From the NCBI GenBank assembly GCA_023920165.1, contig CP089276.1, positions 2,914,001 through 2,978,000 on the forward strand: a DNA stretch of 64,000 bases, in the 5' to 3' direction. The translations under genes were made by a program, and so were the position numbers. The stretch comes from Curvularia clavata. Lineage: Eukaryota. The notes beneath the pieces are model-generated. The model worked only from the letters and a program-made list of their open reading frames with translations, did not search any database and was not told the DNA's origin. Below are positions 47,064-58,338 of this stretch, piece by piece. Every line of letters begins with the position of its first letter. Positions within the stretch are counted from its first letter, which is position 1.

Positions 47064-47774
47064 AGTTAGTCGCTCGGTGGATGGCGTCCTGCCAAAATCT
47101 GAACTGCGACTCTGCCGAAACAATACATACGGCCCAAAAACCAATAGAGGGATTAGTTCCATGACACATACCTATGAAGCTCTCTCCTTGTTTCAAACTT
47201 TGCTCTTGGCTATCTCATTGACTATTGGCTTGGCTTCCCGACTTCTCATCCGAGCTTTTCCATTAGTACGTCGATGGCGCTGCAGTGGTATGTTGCATAG
47301 CCATCTCGTAGGAGCGACGTTGCTGTTGTACAGCATGAAACATAAGTAGCGTAAGTCACACTGCAGACCTAAGAACGAATTAAATGCTCGAGGACTCGGT
47401 CCTACAATCATAATAGATTACATGACCTCTGCAATCACTACGGAGAGCCGCTACCACTATATGATTGTCTGCCATCGGCTGACTAGCTGTTGGATTACGT
47501 GGTCGATTACAATCTTTCAACCCTATTTTTACGACACATGGTCTGTCCTGATAACAACCTAGTAGCATGTTGCACCGCTGCATGTTGAAAGCATCTTGGT
47601 GTTAGGTTGTGTAGTTGTGCACTGCATAGTCTACTGTGATCATTATCATTGTGATACAATGCAACAAATCACTTGCTACTGCATTGTCCCACTGCCAGCG
47701 CGACGAAACATATAACCTGTATCACTCACTCTCCCATCGATATAATTCCCTTTTCTGTTTCAAAACGGCGCACC

Positions 47775-49224
47775 ATGCAAGAAAAGCAAGACGTAGATCT
47801 GAGTTAGTCCCAAGTTCTGTAAAATGTTGATGAAGTTAATTCGCAATCAGCGTTTTTCAACTCCAAAGATGATGATTCTTTCATCTGGCCAGTCATGCAC
47901 GTTTACGACTGCATGCCTAGGCGACCTATACCCCTCTCATCTTCTATCGATGTGTCATGCCTCCCCGATCTCGAGACTGATACTATCAATGTTAAGTCAA
48001 TCATTGATCATGTTGAGACCCAATACGCGGTCAAGACTCCTGAGAGACTAAGCATGAACAGCATTGCTGTCTTTCCTGTGCATGCGAAACTTCCATGGCC
48101 TTCATCGATTCATCATGCAAGACAAAATATACATTGGAGAGCGGCCGTAGAAGCATCAGAAGAGTTGCTGCAAAAGTTTGTTTCTGAACAAACTGTTAAC
48201 AACAGGGTATGGCAGGAGGACACTCGTATGCTGTAAAGGCCGCCAAGGAGCTACCAAAATTACGCAATACCTGGTGTCGGTTCGGTGCTTACTTGTAGCC
48301 GGGTGCAAGCGAGCAGCAGCTTAGACTCCTTGCTGAGAATCTTGTGTACATCTTCGTTTTTGACGGTATGAAGCACCATGTGAGGAAGATCACTTCTGCT
48401 TATTTTTTTTGTAGATACATGGGAGATGAGTGACAGGACCACGGTAGGTAATTAAGAAATCGTAACCTTACACATGTCTACTAATTGAATGATAGATCGA
48501 GATATTACAGAATGAATTTGTGTCGCGACTCCGAGTACCGATGCCCGATAGAGGCGACGAGTCAAAATCGACCTTACAGCAGGCCTTGATTGCGACTGTC
48601 CGAGGTTTTCATGATGAAGATGGAACAATGAGCAATGAAGGAGCAGAGGTACTTAGCAGACTGATCGACTTTATCCGTCACCCTCCACCACCCCCTGAGT
48701 TCAAAAACCTGAGAGAATATCTCGACTATCGGATTGATGATGCAGCTGCGCGGTAAGTAAAAGTTCATAGTCTAGCCATCATCTGAAAGCTCAATGAAGA
48801 GTCTAGGTATATCATAACGTGTACTAAATTCTCTCTTTGCTCAACTGTCGACATCTCTAGCCCTAGAATTTCCAAATTTGTGAGGCTATGCGAGGACCAT
48901 GTATGCATTGCCAATGACCTCGCATCATTTGACAAAGAGAAAAGAGACTACGTTGACAATAAGGTGCGCTATCTCATAAATACAGTTGAAGAAGTGCGAA
49001 AGATATACTCTCTTCCAAGTGATGACGTCGCAAAGGTTGTTACCTTGGCTATCCAGATTGAAGTGGAAAAATAGATGGCAAAAGAATTTTCACGTATCTG
49101 TAGCGATCCTGAAGTCCCTCAGCTGGAAAAGGATTTTGTAAATGCATTGGTGTTTACAATGACAGGGAATGTTCTTAGCGGAGTCATCATGTCTCGATAT
49201 GGAGGCAAGTACATCTCTCACTAA
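47775..49224 (+). pseudogene. Class I terpene synthase/cyclase, apparently disrupted
   Basis: FVFD|DTWE (DDxxE), YLDYRIDDAA, IANDLASFDKE (NSE triad), SRYGG (RY pair). Frameshift near 48205 and in-frame TAG at 48296-48298 and 49072-49074. Confidence 0.8.
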
Positions 49225-49935
49225 GCTAAAATGCGCCCGCCATCTTTCTTAGTTGGAGACACAAATCATGTTTCAACAGGCGCAAGTGGAAAATGCTTCT
49301 CTTCGTAGGACTTGTAATTATTCTATACTATACTACAATTACACATGAATCTTTATCATATTTGCAAGCCTGAAAAACGATGCCGATCAGAAATTATGTT
49401 TACCAACCAGAAACAATTCCCAAAAACTGTGATTCAAAGTTCTTCCACACACTCTCTGAGCGGTGTAGCTTCCCATCTCATCTGTTTTGACAACAAGCAA
49501 ATAGGTGGTTCTTCCTGCATATCCCTATATGGTAACAGATGGACCAATTTTACTTGACTGGAGTTTATACTGCGGGCTGCGCACCCGCTTTGTTTTGCCT
49601 CTTCGGGAGTTCGTCTCGCATTCATCTCGGCATCGGCTGTTGCCCAGACCTTGTGTCGATCGCATGGCTACCTAATCCAACCCTATTTAGATATCACAGC
49701 AACTTCATTGGCCATATCCTCATACCCAATATCAAACACTTACGAAATCCGACAAAAGGTACATTTTAGACATGAGACAGATACGAGTACTTCATATATG
49801 TATAGTGTTTACACTATCAGAGCGATTTTGATTCTACATAAGTTGGGCAGTGTTCAAAGTGTTATCCGCTCATCATAAAATTCATTTCATTACATTTCAT
49901 TTTCTCTATACATGGCTCGTTTCTATTACTCTAGC

Positions 49936-52491
49936 TTAGTTACCAGTCCTCTCAACCACACCCTTCCACTTTGTCCTTCCCTTTGCATCAGTGTCTACCT
50001 TATCCGCCTTCTTTCCATTGAACACCACGCTTCTCGCATCACCTCGAGGCAAGACAACCTCCAATGTCGACCATGCTGGCGCAAAGCCCTGCTGCAACTT
50101 CTCCTCATACTGCACTGTGACTTCATTATCAGACGTCTCATACTTGACAGTGAAGACCGAGATCTTCGCAGGTGGTGGTGATACGCCGTCATCTTCATAC
50201 CAAGTGGTCGTGTACACTTTTCCGTTGGAGGAGCCCTTTGGTGGGAAAACTTCAACAGCGCGGTAGTCGTCGCGAGGAAGATTGGCTGGGTTAGTCTTCT
50301 CACCCGCTGACAGCACCTGCTCTGCCCTTCCGACTGGAATCGCCGATCCAACCTTGGCTAGCACGGGTATGCTTTCTGTCCATTTGGCCTTCACATCAAC
50401 CCACTGACCGGCTGAGTAGTATGTTTGTGGCTCGTTGTTCAGGTCGAGGAATGCGGCTGCGGGATCCGAAGCATCCTTGGGCAGATACATCTTCGCGCTC
50501 TCGGCACCGGCTTCGAAAACGCCACCGACGAGTAGCGCGTCGCCTAGCCAATACTGTGTCTCGCCATCTGTGAGAACCCGGTTGTTCCAGATTTCGGGAT
50601 CAGACTCGTATCCCCAGCCAGTCCACCGTTGTGGCGGGGTAGCAGTCATGTGTGAGTGCAGTGCAAGGGAGTACAGGTAAGGAATCATTTCGTAGCGGCG
50701 CTTAATGATGTCACGGACCAATGCCGTGGTCTCTGGGTACATCCATGGCTCAATGACGTCGCCGACGTTGTTGTCGTTTCCTGTTTTGAAACAGTTGATG
50801 GCAAATCGCGAGCTGTAGATGCCTTGTTGGCACCAACGGACTAGAAGCTCGGGAGTGGGCTGAGGTCCTTCGAAACCGCCAATGTCGTGGCCGTAACATT
50901 GCATTAAGCACATACCGGCAGTCAGGGAGAGAGAATTGGCACCCTTCATGCCGGGCCAGGATGTCACATTGTCTCCACTCCAAGCACTAGCACAGTAGCG
51001 GAGAGTACCGGCTGTGGCACTACGGGTCAGGACGAAAGGACGCTGTTCTGGCTCAACCTCCAGCGAGGCATCGTGAGATGACTTGCCCATGAGTTCAGTG
51101 TTCAATGCACGTCCCCAGAACCCAATTTCATTGCCGTAGTCTCCGTTCTTAGGCTCTTGGGTGACGTTAGGCTCACTAAGTTCGCATTGCCAACCATCAT
51201 GAGGAATGGTGTACTCGTTGTTGTCGTTCCAGATGCAGTCGATTCCAACTCGCTTTAGTTCGCGAATGCCATCATACCACCACTTATAACCGACTTTTGA
51301 TGTGAAGTCAATGTGTCCGCCAACACCGCTTTCACCGCCTCCTGCACTCCAGAGGCGAGCCTCAGCCGATGCCTTGGTGAGTGAGTCGGTGAAAAACGCA
51401 TTAGCGTCCTTGAGTTTCTGGTATTCAGGGTGGCTTCCCAGAACGTATGGCTTCACGTTTGCGATGAGTCGAATTCCTTCCTTGTGATATGCGTCAATCC
51501 AGCCTTTAGGATCTGGGAAGCGGTGCCGGTTCCATGTAAACACATTTCGTGTCTTTGGCTCCGTTTCTGCCACCGTATATCCAGAGGACATTTGCATTGC
51601 TGAGCAAGGAATATCATGCTTCTTCAACTTCTCTGCAAACTCCATCATGGTTTGACTCGCAGGTGGGTCGTCGGTCATAGAGTATTTCATTCCACCGGCC
51701 AGGTAGCCAAAGGCCCATCGTGGTACGAGAAGTGGATATCCAACAAGATCTGCGTAGATGCGAACAATGTCTGGTATTGTCTTGCCTACAAGCAGATATT
51801 CTTCAAGACCACCATAGTCTTGACGGTAGACCTTGAAACGTCCCCACATACCGTCCATCTCGGAGCCCACCGAGTAGTAGCCTCGGGCATGTGAGGTGGA
51901 GAAGATAGCAACACAACCATTAGGTGTGGCATTGATGAGAAGCGGGATGTGCTTGTAGAGTGGGTCTGTTCGGTACACATCGTAGCCGAAAGAGTCCGTT
52001 GCTGATAGCACAAAGTGGCGGTTGGAGAGATCCATAGGTGCTGGCTTCTCGCCAAGACCAAGATGAAGTGTGCCATGATTGTACTTTGTGTAGTGAGAAA
52101 TGCCTGGTCCATCGGCGGCATACGACCGGTTAGGAAGATCGGCGTGAATTGGGGTTTTCTGCCCCGGAAGAGTCAAAGAGATGAGGGGAAGCCCGCTTTC
52201 CCAGTCTACATTTGCGGTGATACCATCGACCTCAAGGGTCTTTGCGGCGGCACCGGACGACAAGACTTTAGCATTGGAGTCATCCACAGTCTTCTGGGGA
52301 ACTGGGGCTGCTCGATGGGGTGGGAGCAGGTGTTTTGGTGAAGTGAATGTTGTACGAAACAGTCCTGGCCGTAACGCATCAAATGTGAACTTGAAGTCTC
52401 CCGCATTTGATTGCAATTCGACGCTCGTATTTGATGTTGCTGTGGCAGCAGCGGCTTGATAGCCGGCGGGGACGTGCTCAAGCATTGGCAT
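49936..52491 (-). CDS. GH31 glycoside hydrolase, Aec37-like subgroup; intronless, no signal peptide
   Basis: DPLYKHIP, PRWAFGY, DIPC..MSSGYT..VFTWN..RFPDP, nucleophile motif IWNDNNEY, RPFVLTRS, WSGDN, GHDIGGFEGP. Confidence 0.92.
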   Translation of the reverse strand: MPMLEHVPAGYQAAAATATSNTSVELQSNAGDFKFTFDALRPGLFRTTFTSPKHLLPPHRAAPVPQKTVDDSNAKVLSSGAAAKTLEVDGITANVDWESGLPLISLTLPGQKTPIHADLPNRSYAADGPGISHYTKYNHGTLHLGLGEKPAPMDLSNRHFVLSATDSFGYDVYRTDPLYKHIPLLINATPNGCVAIFSTSHARGYYSVGSEMDGMWGRFKVYRQDYGGLEEYLLVGKTIPDIVRIYADLVGYPLLVPRWAFGYLAGGMKYSMTDDPPASQTMMEFAEKLKKHDIPCSAMQMSSGYTVAETEPKTRNVFTWNRHRFPDPKGWIDAYHKEGIRLIANVKPYVLGSHPEYQKLKDANAFFTDSLTKASAEARLWSAGGGESGVGGHIDFTSKVGYKWWYDGIRELKRVGIDCIWNDNNEYTIPHDGWQCELSEPNVTQEPKNGDYGNEIGFWGRALNTELMGKSSHDASLEVEPEQRPFVLTRSATAGTLRYCASAWSGDNVTSWPGMKGANSLSLTAGMCLMQCYGHDIGGFEGPQPTPELLVRWCQQGIYSSRFAINCFKTGNDNNVGDVIEPWMYPETTALVRDIIKRRYEMIPYLYSLALHSHMTATPPQRWTGWGYESDPEIWNNRVLTDGETQYWLGDALLVGGVFEAGAESAKMYLPKDASDPAAAFLDLNNEPQTYYSAGQWVDVKAKWTESIPVLAKVGSAIPVGRAEQVLSAGEKTNPANLPRDDYRAVEVFPPKGSSNGKVYTTTWYEDDGVSPPPAKISVFTVKYETSDNEVTVQYEEKLQQGFAPAWSTLEVVLPRGDARSVVFNGKKADKVDTDAKGRTKWKGVVERTGN

Positions 52492-52803
52492 GATGAAAGA
52501 GGGGTATAGAGAAGCTGAAAAAGTTTATTCCAGGTACCTCCAAAACTGTGGCTTACATTTATAGCAAAGAGGTGAGGTCGGCATTCGCCCGAGAGTTCCA
52601 CTTTCAGACGCCGAGGAAATGGAGTAGGCTTGTGACCAGGCCCGAAGGTACGGCATCTTCGGCCGGCGCCAGCGACGGGCTAGGCCGCAAGCAGTCAAAA
52701 TTATCTTCTGGGGTCCCCGTGGGGAACTTGTATAAGTGCTGTCGGGTAGATCCCCAGCAACAATCCCCAGAGTCTCGAAGTCGCTATCTCAACTCACTTC
52801 ATC
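52492..52803. promoter_or_regulatory. Bidirectional promoter of GH31/permease with CGG..CCG pairs and four CreA-like SYGGRG sites
   Basis: CGG-N7-CCG at 52579-52591, CGG-N9-CCG at 52651-52665; CTGGGG 52708, GTGGGG 52719, CCCCAG 52752 and 52765. Confidence 0.5.
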
Positions 52804-54483
52804 ATGTCTCCCAAATCTGAGATGCCCGAGACTTCCACTGCCGACATTGGCGTCAAGTCCAATGTCGAGACCACCGAATCCATTCACAAGCCCACCAATG
52901 AGAAAACCAAGGGAAAAGACAAAGCTGCTGAGCTGCTTGCCTCCAACGAGCGCATCGTCGTAACATCAGAGGAGAACAGGCGGGTGCTGAAGAAGATCGA
53001 TCTCATCATCCTCCCCATCCTCCTCAGCGTTTATTTCCTCCAGTCCCTAGACAAGACGACACTATCTTACGCCTCTGTCTTCGGACTCATCCAGGATGCA
53101 AACCTCGACCCCAAGTCAAACCAGTACTCCTGGCTAGGAAGTATTGTGTACATTGCGCAATTGGTAGCACAGCCGCTTGTCGCGTTCTTGCTCGTCAAGA
53201 TGAGGATGGGAAAGTTTATTGGCGCCATGGTCTTCACCTGGGGATGCATTCTGTGCGGCATGGCTGGTGCCAGGAACTTTACTGGGCTTATGGTGACGCG
53301 GTTCCTTCTTGGTGGCTTTGAAGCTGCAGTCGGTAAGTTACTAGCACACAAACTTTGAGATCATTCATTAACACATTTTTCAGCTCCCGCTTTCATTGCC
53401 GTAGTCCAGATGTGGTACAAGCGTGGCGAACAAACGAACCGAAACGCAGCCTGGTACGCTATGTTGGGCATAGTGAACATTCTCGGCAGTCTCCTTTGCT
53501 ATGGCCTCGGACACATCAACTCCGACCTTCTACACTCCTACCAGATCATCTTTCTCTTCTGCGGACTGCTCACCGTCGTTGTGTCAATCTGCGTCTGGAT
53601 CTTTATGCCTGACTCGCCTATGGAGGCAAAGTTCCTGACCGAGCATGAAAGGCTCGTCGCGGTTGAGCGTCTACGCATGAACCAGATGGGTGTTGCATCT
53701 CGAGTTTGGAAGTGGGACCATGTGTTTGAGGCCTTCCTGGACCCAAAGACGTGGCTTTGGTTCTCCATGTTGACAGCCATCAGCATTCCCAGTGGTGGTA
53801 TCTCCGCGTTCGGCCCGCTCATCATTCAGGGTTTCGGTTTTGGAAAGTTCGAGACAATCCTGTTCAACATGCCCTTTGGTGTGGTTCAGATCATCGCGAC
53901 TGTAGGCGGTGCTTGGCTCGCAACCTGGCTGAAGAAGAAGTCGCCGGTGCTTATCCTTTTGTGCATCCCGCCAATCATCGGTATCGTCATCCTCATGGTG
54001 GTTGGACGCGACCCTAAGCACCGTGGTGTTCTGCTCTTTGGATACTACATGACCTCCTTCTATCCCGGTATCTCGCCGCTCATCTACTCCTGGTCAGGCC
54101 AAAACACTGGTGGAGACACCAAGCGCAAGGTCACCACCAGCATTCTGTTCTGTGGTGCCAGTGCAGGAAACATTATCGGACCCATGCTTTTCAAGCCATC
54201 GGAGAAGCCGTACTATAGACGCGGTCTGAGAGTAAACCTTGCCCTTTTCATCTTGATCATTGTATTGATCTTGGTTGCGACGATGTGGATCAAATTGCTC
54301 AACCGCAAGCATGCCACTATGCGCGAGAGCATGGGCAAGTCCGCGGTCGTTATTGACACCAGTATGGGATCGTCTCGCGAAGGTAGCGAGGAGGAAGCCG
54401 AGAATGAGGCAAGCGGTGTTGGTGACAAGGCCTTTGACGATGTGACCGACATCAAGAATGAAGATTTCGTGTATGTGTATTAA
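52804..54483 (+). CDS. MFS anion:cation symporter, Dal5/allantoate-permease-like, 2 exons
   Basis: LKKIDLIILP..LQSLDKTTLSYA, QYSWLGSI, RFLLGGFEA, WYKRGEQ, MPDSP, NTGGDTK, GNIIGP, NEDFVYVY. Confidence 0.93.
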
Positions 54484-54599
54484 GATAGGTGCGAACGCAC
54501 AACGACCAATGAGAAGGTCTGGAGTTATGATAATCTGTACTGTTAATACATCTTTTGCTTGCACTCGTATATTTCTTTGTGCCAGTTTGATATTCAAAA

Positions 54600-56676
54600 T
54601 CAGAAAAGACTGTCAATGTTGACGAATAAGTCCTGCCATCCCATAGGCATGTGCTTGAGATTGAGCCCAGGAAACTCCCACTCAAAGACAAACTCACGCG
54701 GCACATAGCCCTGAAACTCGTTTTCAGCAGCACCACCGTTTCTCTCGGACACGGCCATAGACTGCAAAGCATGACCCTGCTCCACGGAGTATTCTCGCAA
54801 TGCAGCCTCGCACTTCTCAATACTGGTTTGCAGAATTTGAAAGTACGCGATATGGCCCACCGTTACTGTTTTCAGCTCTTCTAGTACTCTATGAGCATCG
54901 CGGAGCAGCGCCATGACAGAAGCGGGAGGATCGCGGAGAAGAATAGCTAGTTTGAGCACAAGCAGAATGGAGACGGCGCATTTCGCCCAAACATAATCCA
55001 AAGTCCATCGGAATGTACTGAGGTATGTGGACCCAATTGTATGTGTTGATGACGCCGGCGAAGAGTCCGGAGATGATGTGTATGATTGCAGCATGTAGTG
55101 CAAGTGCCGACTTGCCGCATCCTTGGCTCTACGTATGAAGTCCCTCTGAAAGTCGGTCATGAACGCAATGTTCTCGACACCAGAGGATGCCACGGCCTTC
55201 AAATATAACATCATCAGAGCCCATTCACATTGTATATGTAGATTTTGCAGCGCCACCGCCCGCCGATGTGGCGCAGGTTCTGCCATGACAATCTTTGACC
55301 ATTCTTCAAGCCAGAGAGTCAGCTCGACACATGCATCATCTACGGTCCTCTGGACTAGGTTTTCGTTTTCTTGGAGCAGGAAATCGTTGCCAGTCCGTCG
55401 CATAATCTTGGTGTACGCCTCCGTTCGAATCAAGTTGAGTTCTACCTGGGACAGTAACCGAATGTCGACTGCTGTGCATTCTGGATGATGCAGAAGGCTT
55501 CTGATTTTCCTAGGAGAGGTTTGTAGAGTCAGGCCTGGAAGTTTTCCTCCGTCCAGAGAGAAGCTAGAATGTATTAGATGATTGATATTGTTAGGTGATT
55601 GAAGCTTGGAGCTTGGCTTACAAGAGTTCAAGATTGCTTATCCCATGCCAAACTCGGGATAGTCGGTATAATTCCTGCTCTTCGGTACTGATAGTCCCAG
55701 AGTTTGTCTGGCCTTTTGAGATCAATCGATCGACCGCACGGGGCAGATCGAGCTGTATGGCAAATCGAAGTGCAGTTGCGATTAAGAAAAAGCCATTCTC
55801 AGAATAAGCAGCTACAAGCGTAATAGCCTGAATGTCTTCTACACTGGGTATGTTCTTGTTGATGAGTAGGTTCGTGATGTGATCGCGAACTCGCGATTGG
55901 AGTTGGCGGTAAATGCCTGCGTTGAAGCCCTCCTCAGCGCGGCAGCCAATACTGACTATGGCGTCGAAGAGGACAGCACTTCGCGAGGACACAGAAGTGA
56001 TTGTGTCATATCTCTCAGAGAATATTGGCACAAGATATTGCTGTTTGACTTAGTATTTTGTTTATAATAATAGAGTTCCATCTTACACTGCCAGAAAAAA
56101 AGCTAACAAATGGTCAGAATGACAGTTTTGACAAGTCTGACGGGCCCAACTTACCTCTGGTACCAATGAGCGGCTTGCTCCCAAGTAATGAAGCCTGCAT
56201 CCACGGCACTGCCGATGGCGCTGCGTTCAGGGGGGGAACGAGGCGTGATGTCTGCAACAGTCACACTTTGGTGATCCATGGATGACTGAAGTGGAAATTG
56301 AATTAGCTACATGTTTCTATATCCCTCCAGCCACGTGGGTGTCGGGTTCCTTTGCCGCGATTGGGGGAAACACCACTTGGGAATTCTTCGAGAAGCATCA
56401 CTAATGCATGTGAGAAGGGGTACTGACACTAGTCTTCGGGACTGCCAGCTCTTTGGTAGCGAGCTGCTCGCGAATGGCAGCCATTTCGGCCTCGAGCTTC
56501 TCAATACGTAGCACATTCTCGTCCTTTACTGCGTCAAAATATTGGCAGGAAGCGTTATTCCGTTCGCAGCGCTGGCAAGGACGGTTGCCGTCGCATCGCA
56601 CTTTGGACGTCCGGCAACTGACACAGGCATTGATGGCACGGCGTTTGCGCGGTCGTGGTGAGGTATGTGGGTTCAT
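54600..56676 (-). CDS. Zn2Cys6 transcription factor, multi-exon
   Basis: RRAINACVSCRTSKVRCDGNRPCQRCERNNASC, followed by a coiled coil, then spliced middle homology region and C-terminal exon. Confidence 0.9.
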
Positions 56677-57111
56677 CGGGAATCTCGTGCGAGAGCATAT
56701 CGCATGGTGGGTTGACCCGGTTTTTAAGGTCGGGGTAGGTCGGGGGTGGGCCGACTGGAGAGGCGGGGAAAGGTTGCCATACATGAGTCGCGTTGGCGGC
56801 GGCAGATGCTACCGTCGGCTAGTGTCCTTGTCAGGCGGTCCTCTGGACTGAGGGTGACGAGGCAAATTTGCATCTCAGCCCCGCCAGGAGTCGCATCCGA
56901 TACCATGACAATGGCTAAGCATTTCATGGTGGGAACCCCGGCCAGTCTGGACTGTTCAGCTCCGCGTCTGACTGGTCTCTGTCACTCCACTTGTTCTGCT
57001 AACACACACACTAGCCATGGCAGCATTGAGACGTGGGACAGGTAAATAATGCAAGGTTTGCGCTTTGTTCTACGTGGGAATGTACTGAGCCCCATTATGT
57101 AAATCCTTTCT

Positions 57112-58338
57112 TCAATTAGGTGCCACGTACTCGTTAATGGTAGGCATATCCTTCAAGCCGACATTCACACCAAACTGTTTTGCAGCCAGTCCAAAGCTAG
57201 TCTTGACAGCTTCCGTGGCATAAACACGCATCTCCTTCTCGAAGGCCGCTGTTACGCCCGTCCAGCTGTCGCCGTCCCCACGCTTCCATGCCTCTGCCAT
57301 CAATCGGCCTAGCAAAGCCGAATCGCGCATTGCGGTGTTGGCGCCGTTACCACTTGCCGGTGTCATCGCATGCACAGCATCGCCAATGACTGTCACGCGT
57401 GCTTCGTTGGGCCATTCAGGCACTCCGTCTGGCGAGGAACAGGTAATCTTCCAGAAAGCGGACTCGGCCTCATTCATATTGTCCAATAGCGGCTTCACGC
57501 GAGCATGCCAATGCGAAGCAAGCGACTTGGCAATCTTTGCAGCAGGTGGGCCGGTAATGGTGTAGTTATCGTTGGGTGCATTGATGACGCCCGGTGAGCC
57601 CATCATGGTCCAACCAAACTCAAGATCTGGTTTGTCCATATCACCAGAACGGACGTTGGTCATTAGCCAGACTTTTCCTTTTGGCTGCGAGTTCGTGTCG
57701 CTGATGAGGAAAACACCCTCACCCAAGCCCTTGAAAGCACTTGTAGGGGCCTGTCCGTGTATGCCCCGCGAGCCCAAGTCGTAGACCTTGATGGCGCCAT
57801 TCGACAGTTGCCCTGCGACCGCGCTCTTCACTCCTTCGCCCCCTACCAACATGGAGCCTTCTTCACTCTTGCTTCCATCGGCAAATATCACGCGAACACC
57901 GTTGTCCGTCGTCTCGTAGCCTACAACATGACGGTTCCATCGTACGTTATGTTCCAGGCCCTCCATGAACAACGTGCGCATGTCTCCACGCGAGATACCC
58001 ACAACTTTCCCACCTCTGCTATTCAGGGATCCATTGCTGGCTGTTGCCTCGCCTCCGCTCAGCGTCTCGCCTGTCAGCGAGTCAACAAAAACAAATCCCG
58101 CGCCGCCCGTTTTGCCGCATTTCTCGTAGAACTTTGAAAAGTCCTCTGGTCCAAGTGCTGCTTCTATCGCGTCAAGTCCTTCGCTCGATAGGCGCAGGCG
58201 GTAACCCTGCGCTCGGAAGACGATAGACGCGTCGCGCTCGAAGACAAGGAACGGAATCCCCGAACGGTGCAGCGATCGGGCAAGGAGGAGCGAGGCAACG
58301 CCGGCGCCAGCAATGAGCACTGGTTTAGGGGAACTCAT
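57112..58338 (-). CDS. FAD-dependent monooxygenase (group A aromatic hydroxylase-like)
   Basis: MSSPKPVLIAGAGVASL, VFERD, LVGGEGVKS (variant DG motif), VTVIGDAVHAMTPASGNGANTAMRD. Confidence 0.9.
   Translation of the reverse strand: MSSPKPVLIAGAGVASLLLARSLHRSGIPFLVFERDASIVFRAQGYRLRLSSEGLDAIEAALGPEDFSKFYEKCGKTGGAGFVFVDSLTGETLSGGEATASNGSLNSRGGKVVGISRGDMRTLFMEGLEHNVRWNRHVVGYETTDNGVRVIFADGSKSEEGSMLVGGEGVKSAVAGQLSNGAIKVYDLGSRGIHGQAPTSAFKGLGEGVFLISDTNSQPKGKVWLMTNVRSGDMDKPDLEFGWTMMGSPGVINAPNDNYTITGPPAAKIAKSLASHWHARVKPLLDNMNEAESAFWKITCSSPDGVPEWPNEARVTVIGDAVHAMTPASGNGANTAMRDSALLGRLMAEAWKRGDGDSWTGVTAAFEKEMRVYATEAVKTSFGLAAKQFGVNVGLKDMPTINEYVAPN

Noticed and set aside
49936..52491. Sulfoquinovosidase assignment for the GH31
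   Set aside because: The nucleophile context is WNDNNE, not the YihQ-type W(M/L)ADFGE, and I could not identify the sulfonate-binding residues.
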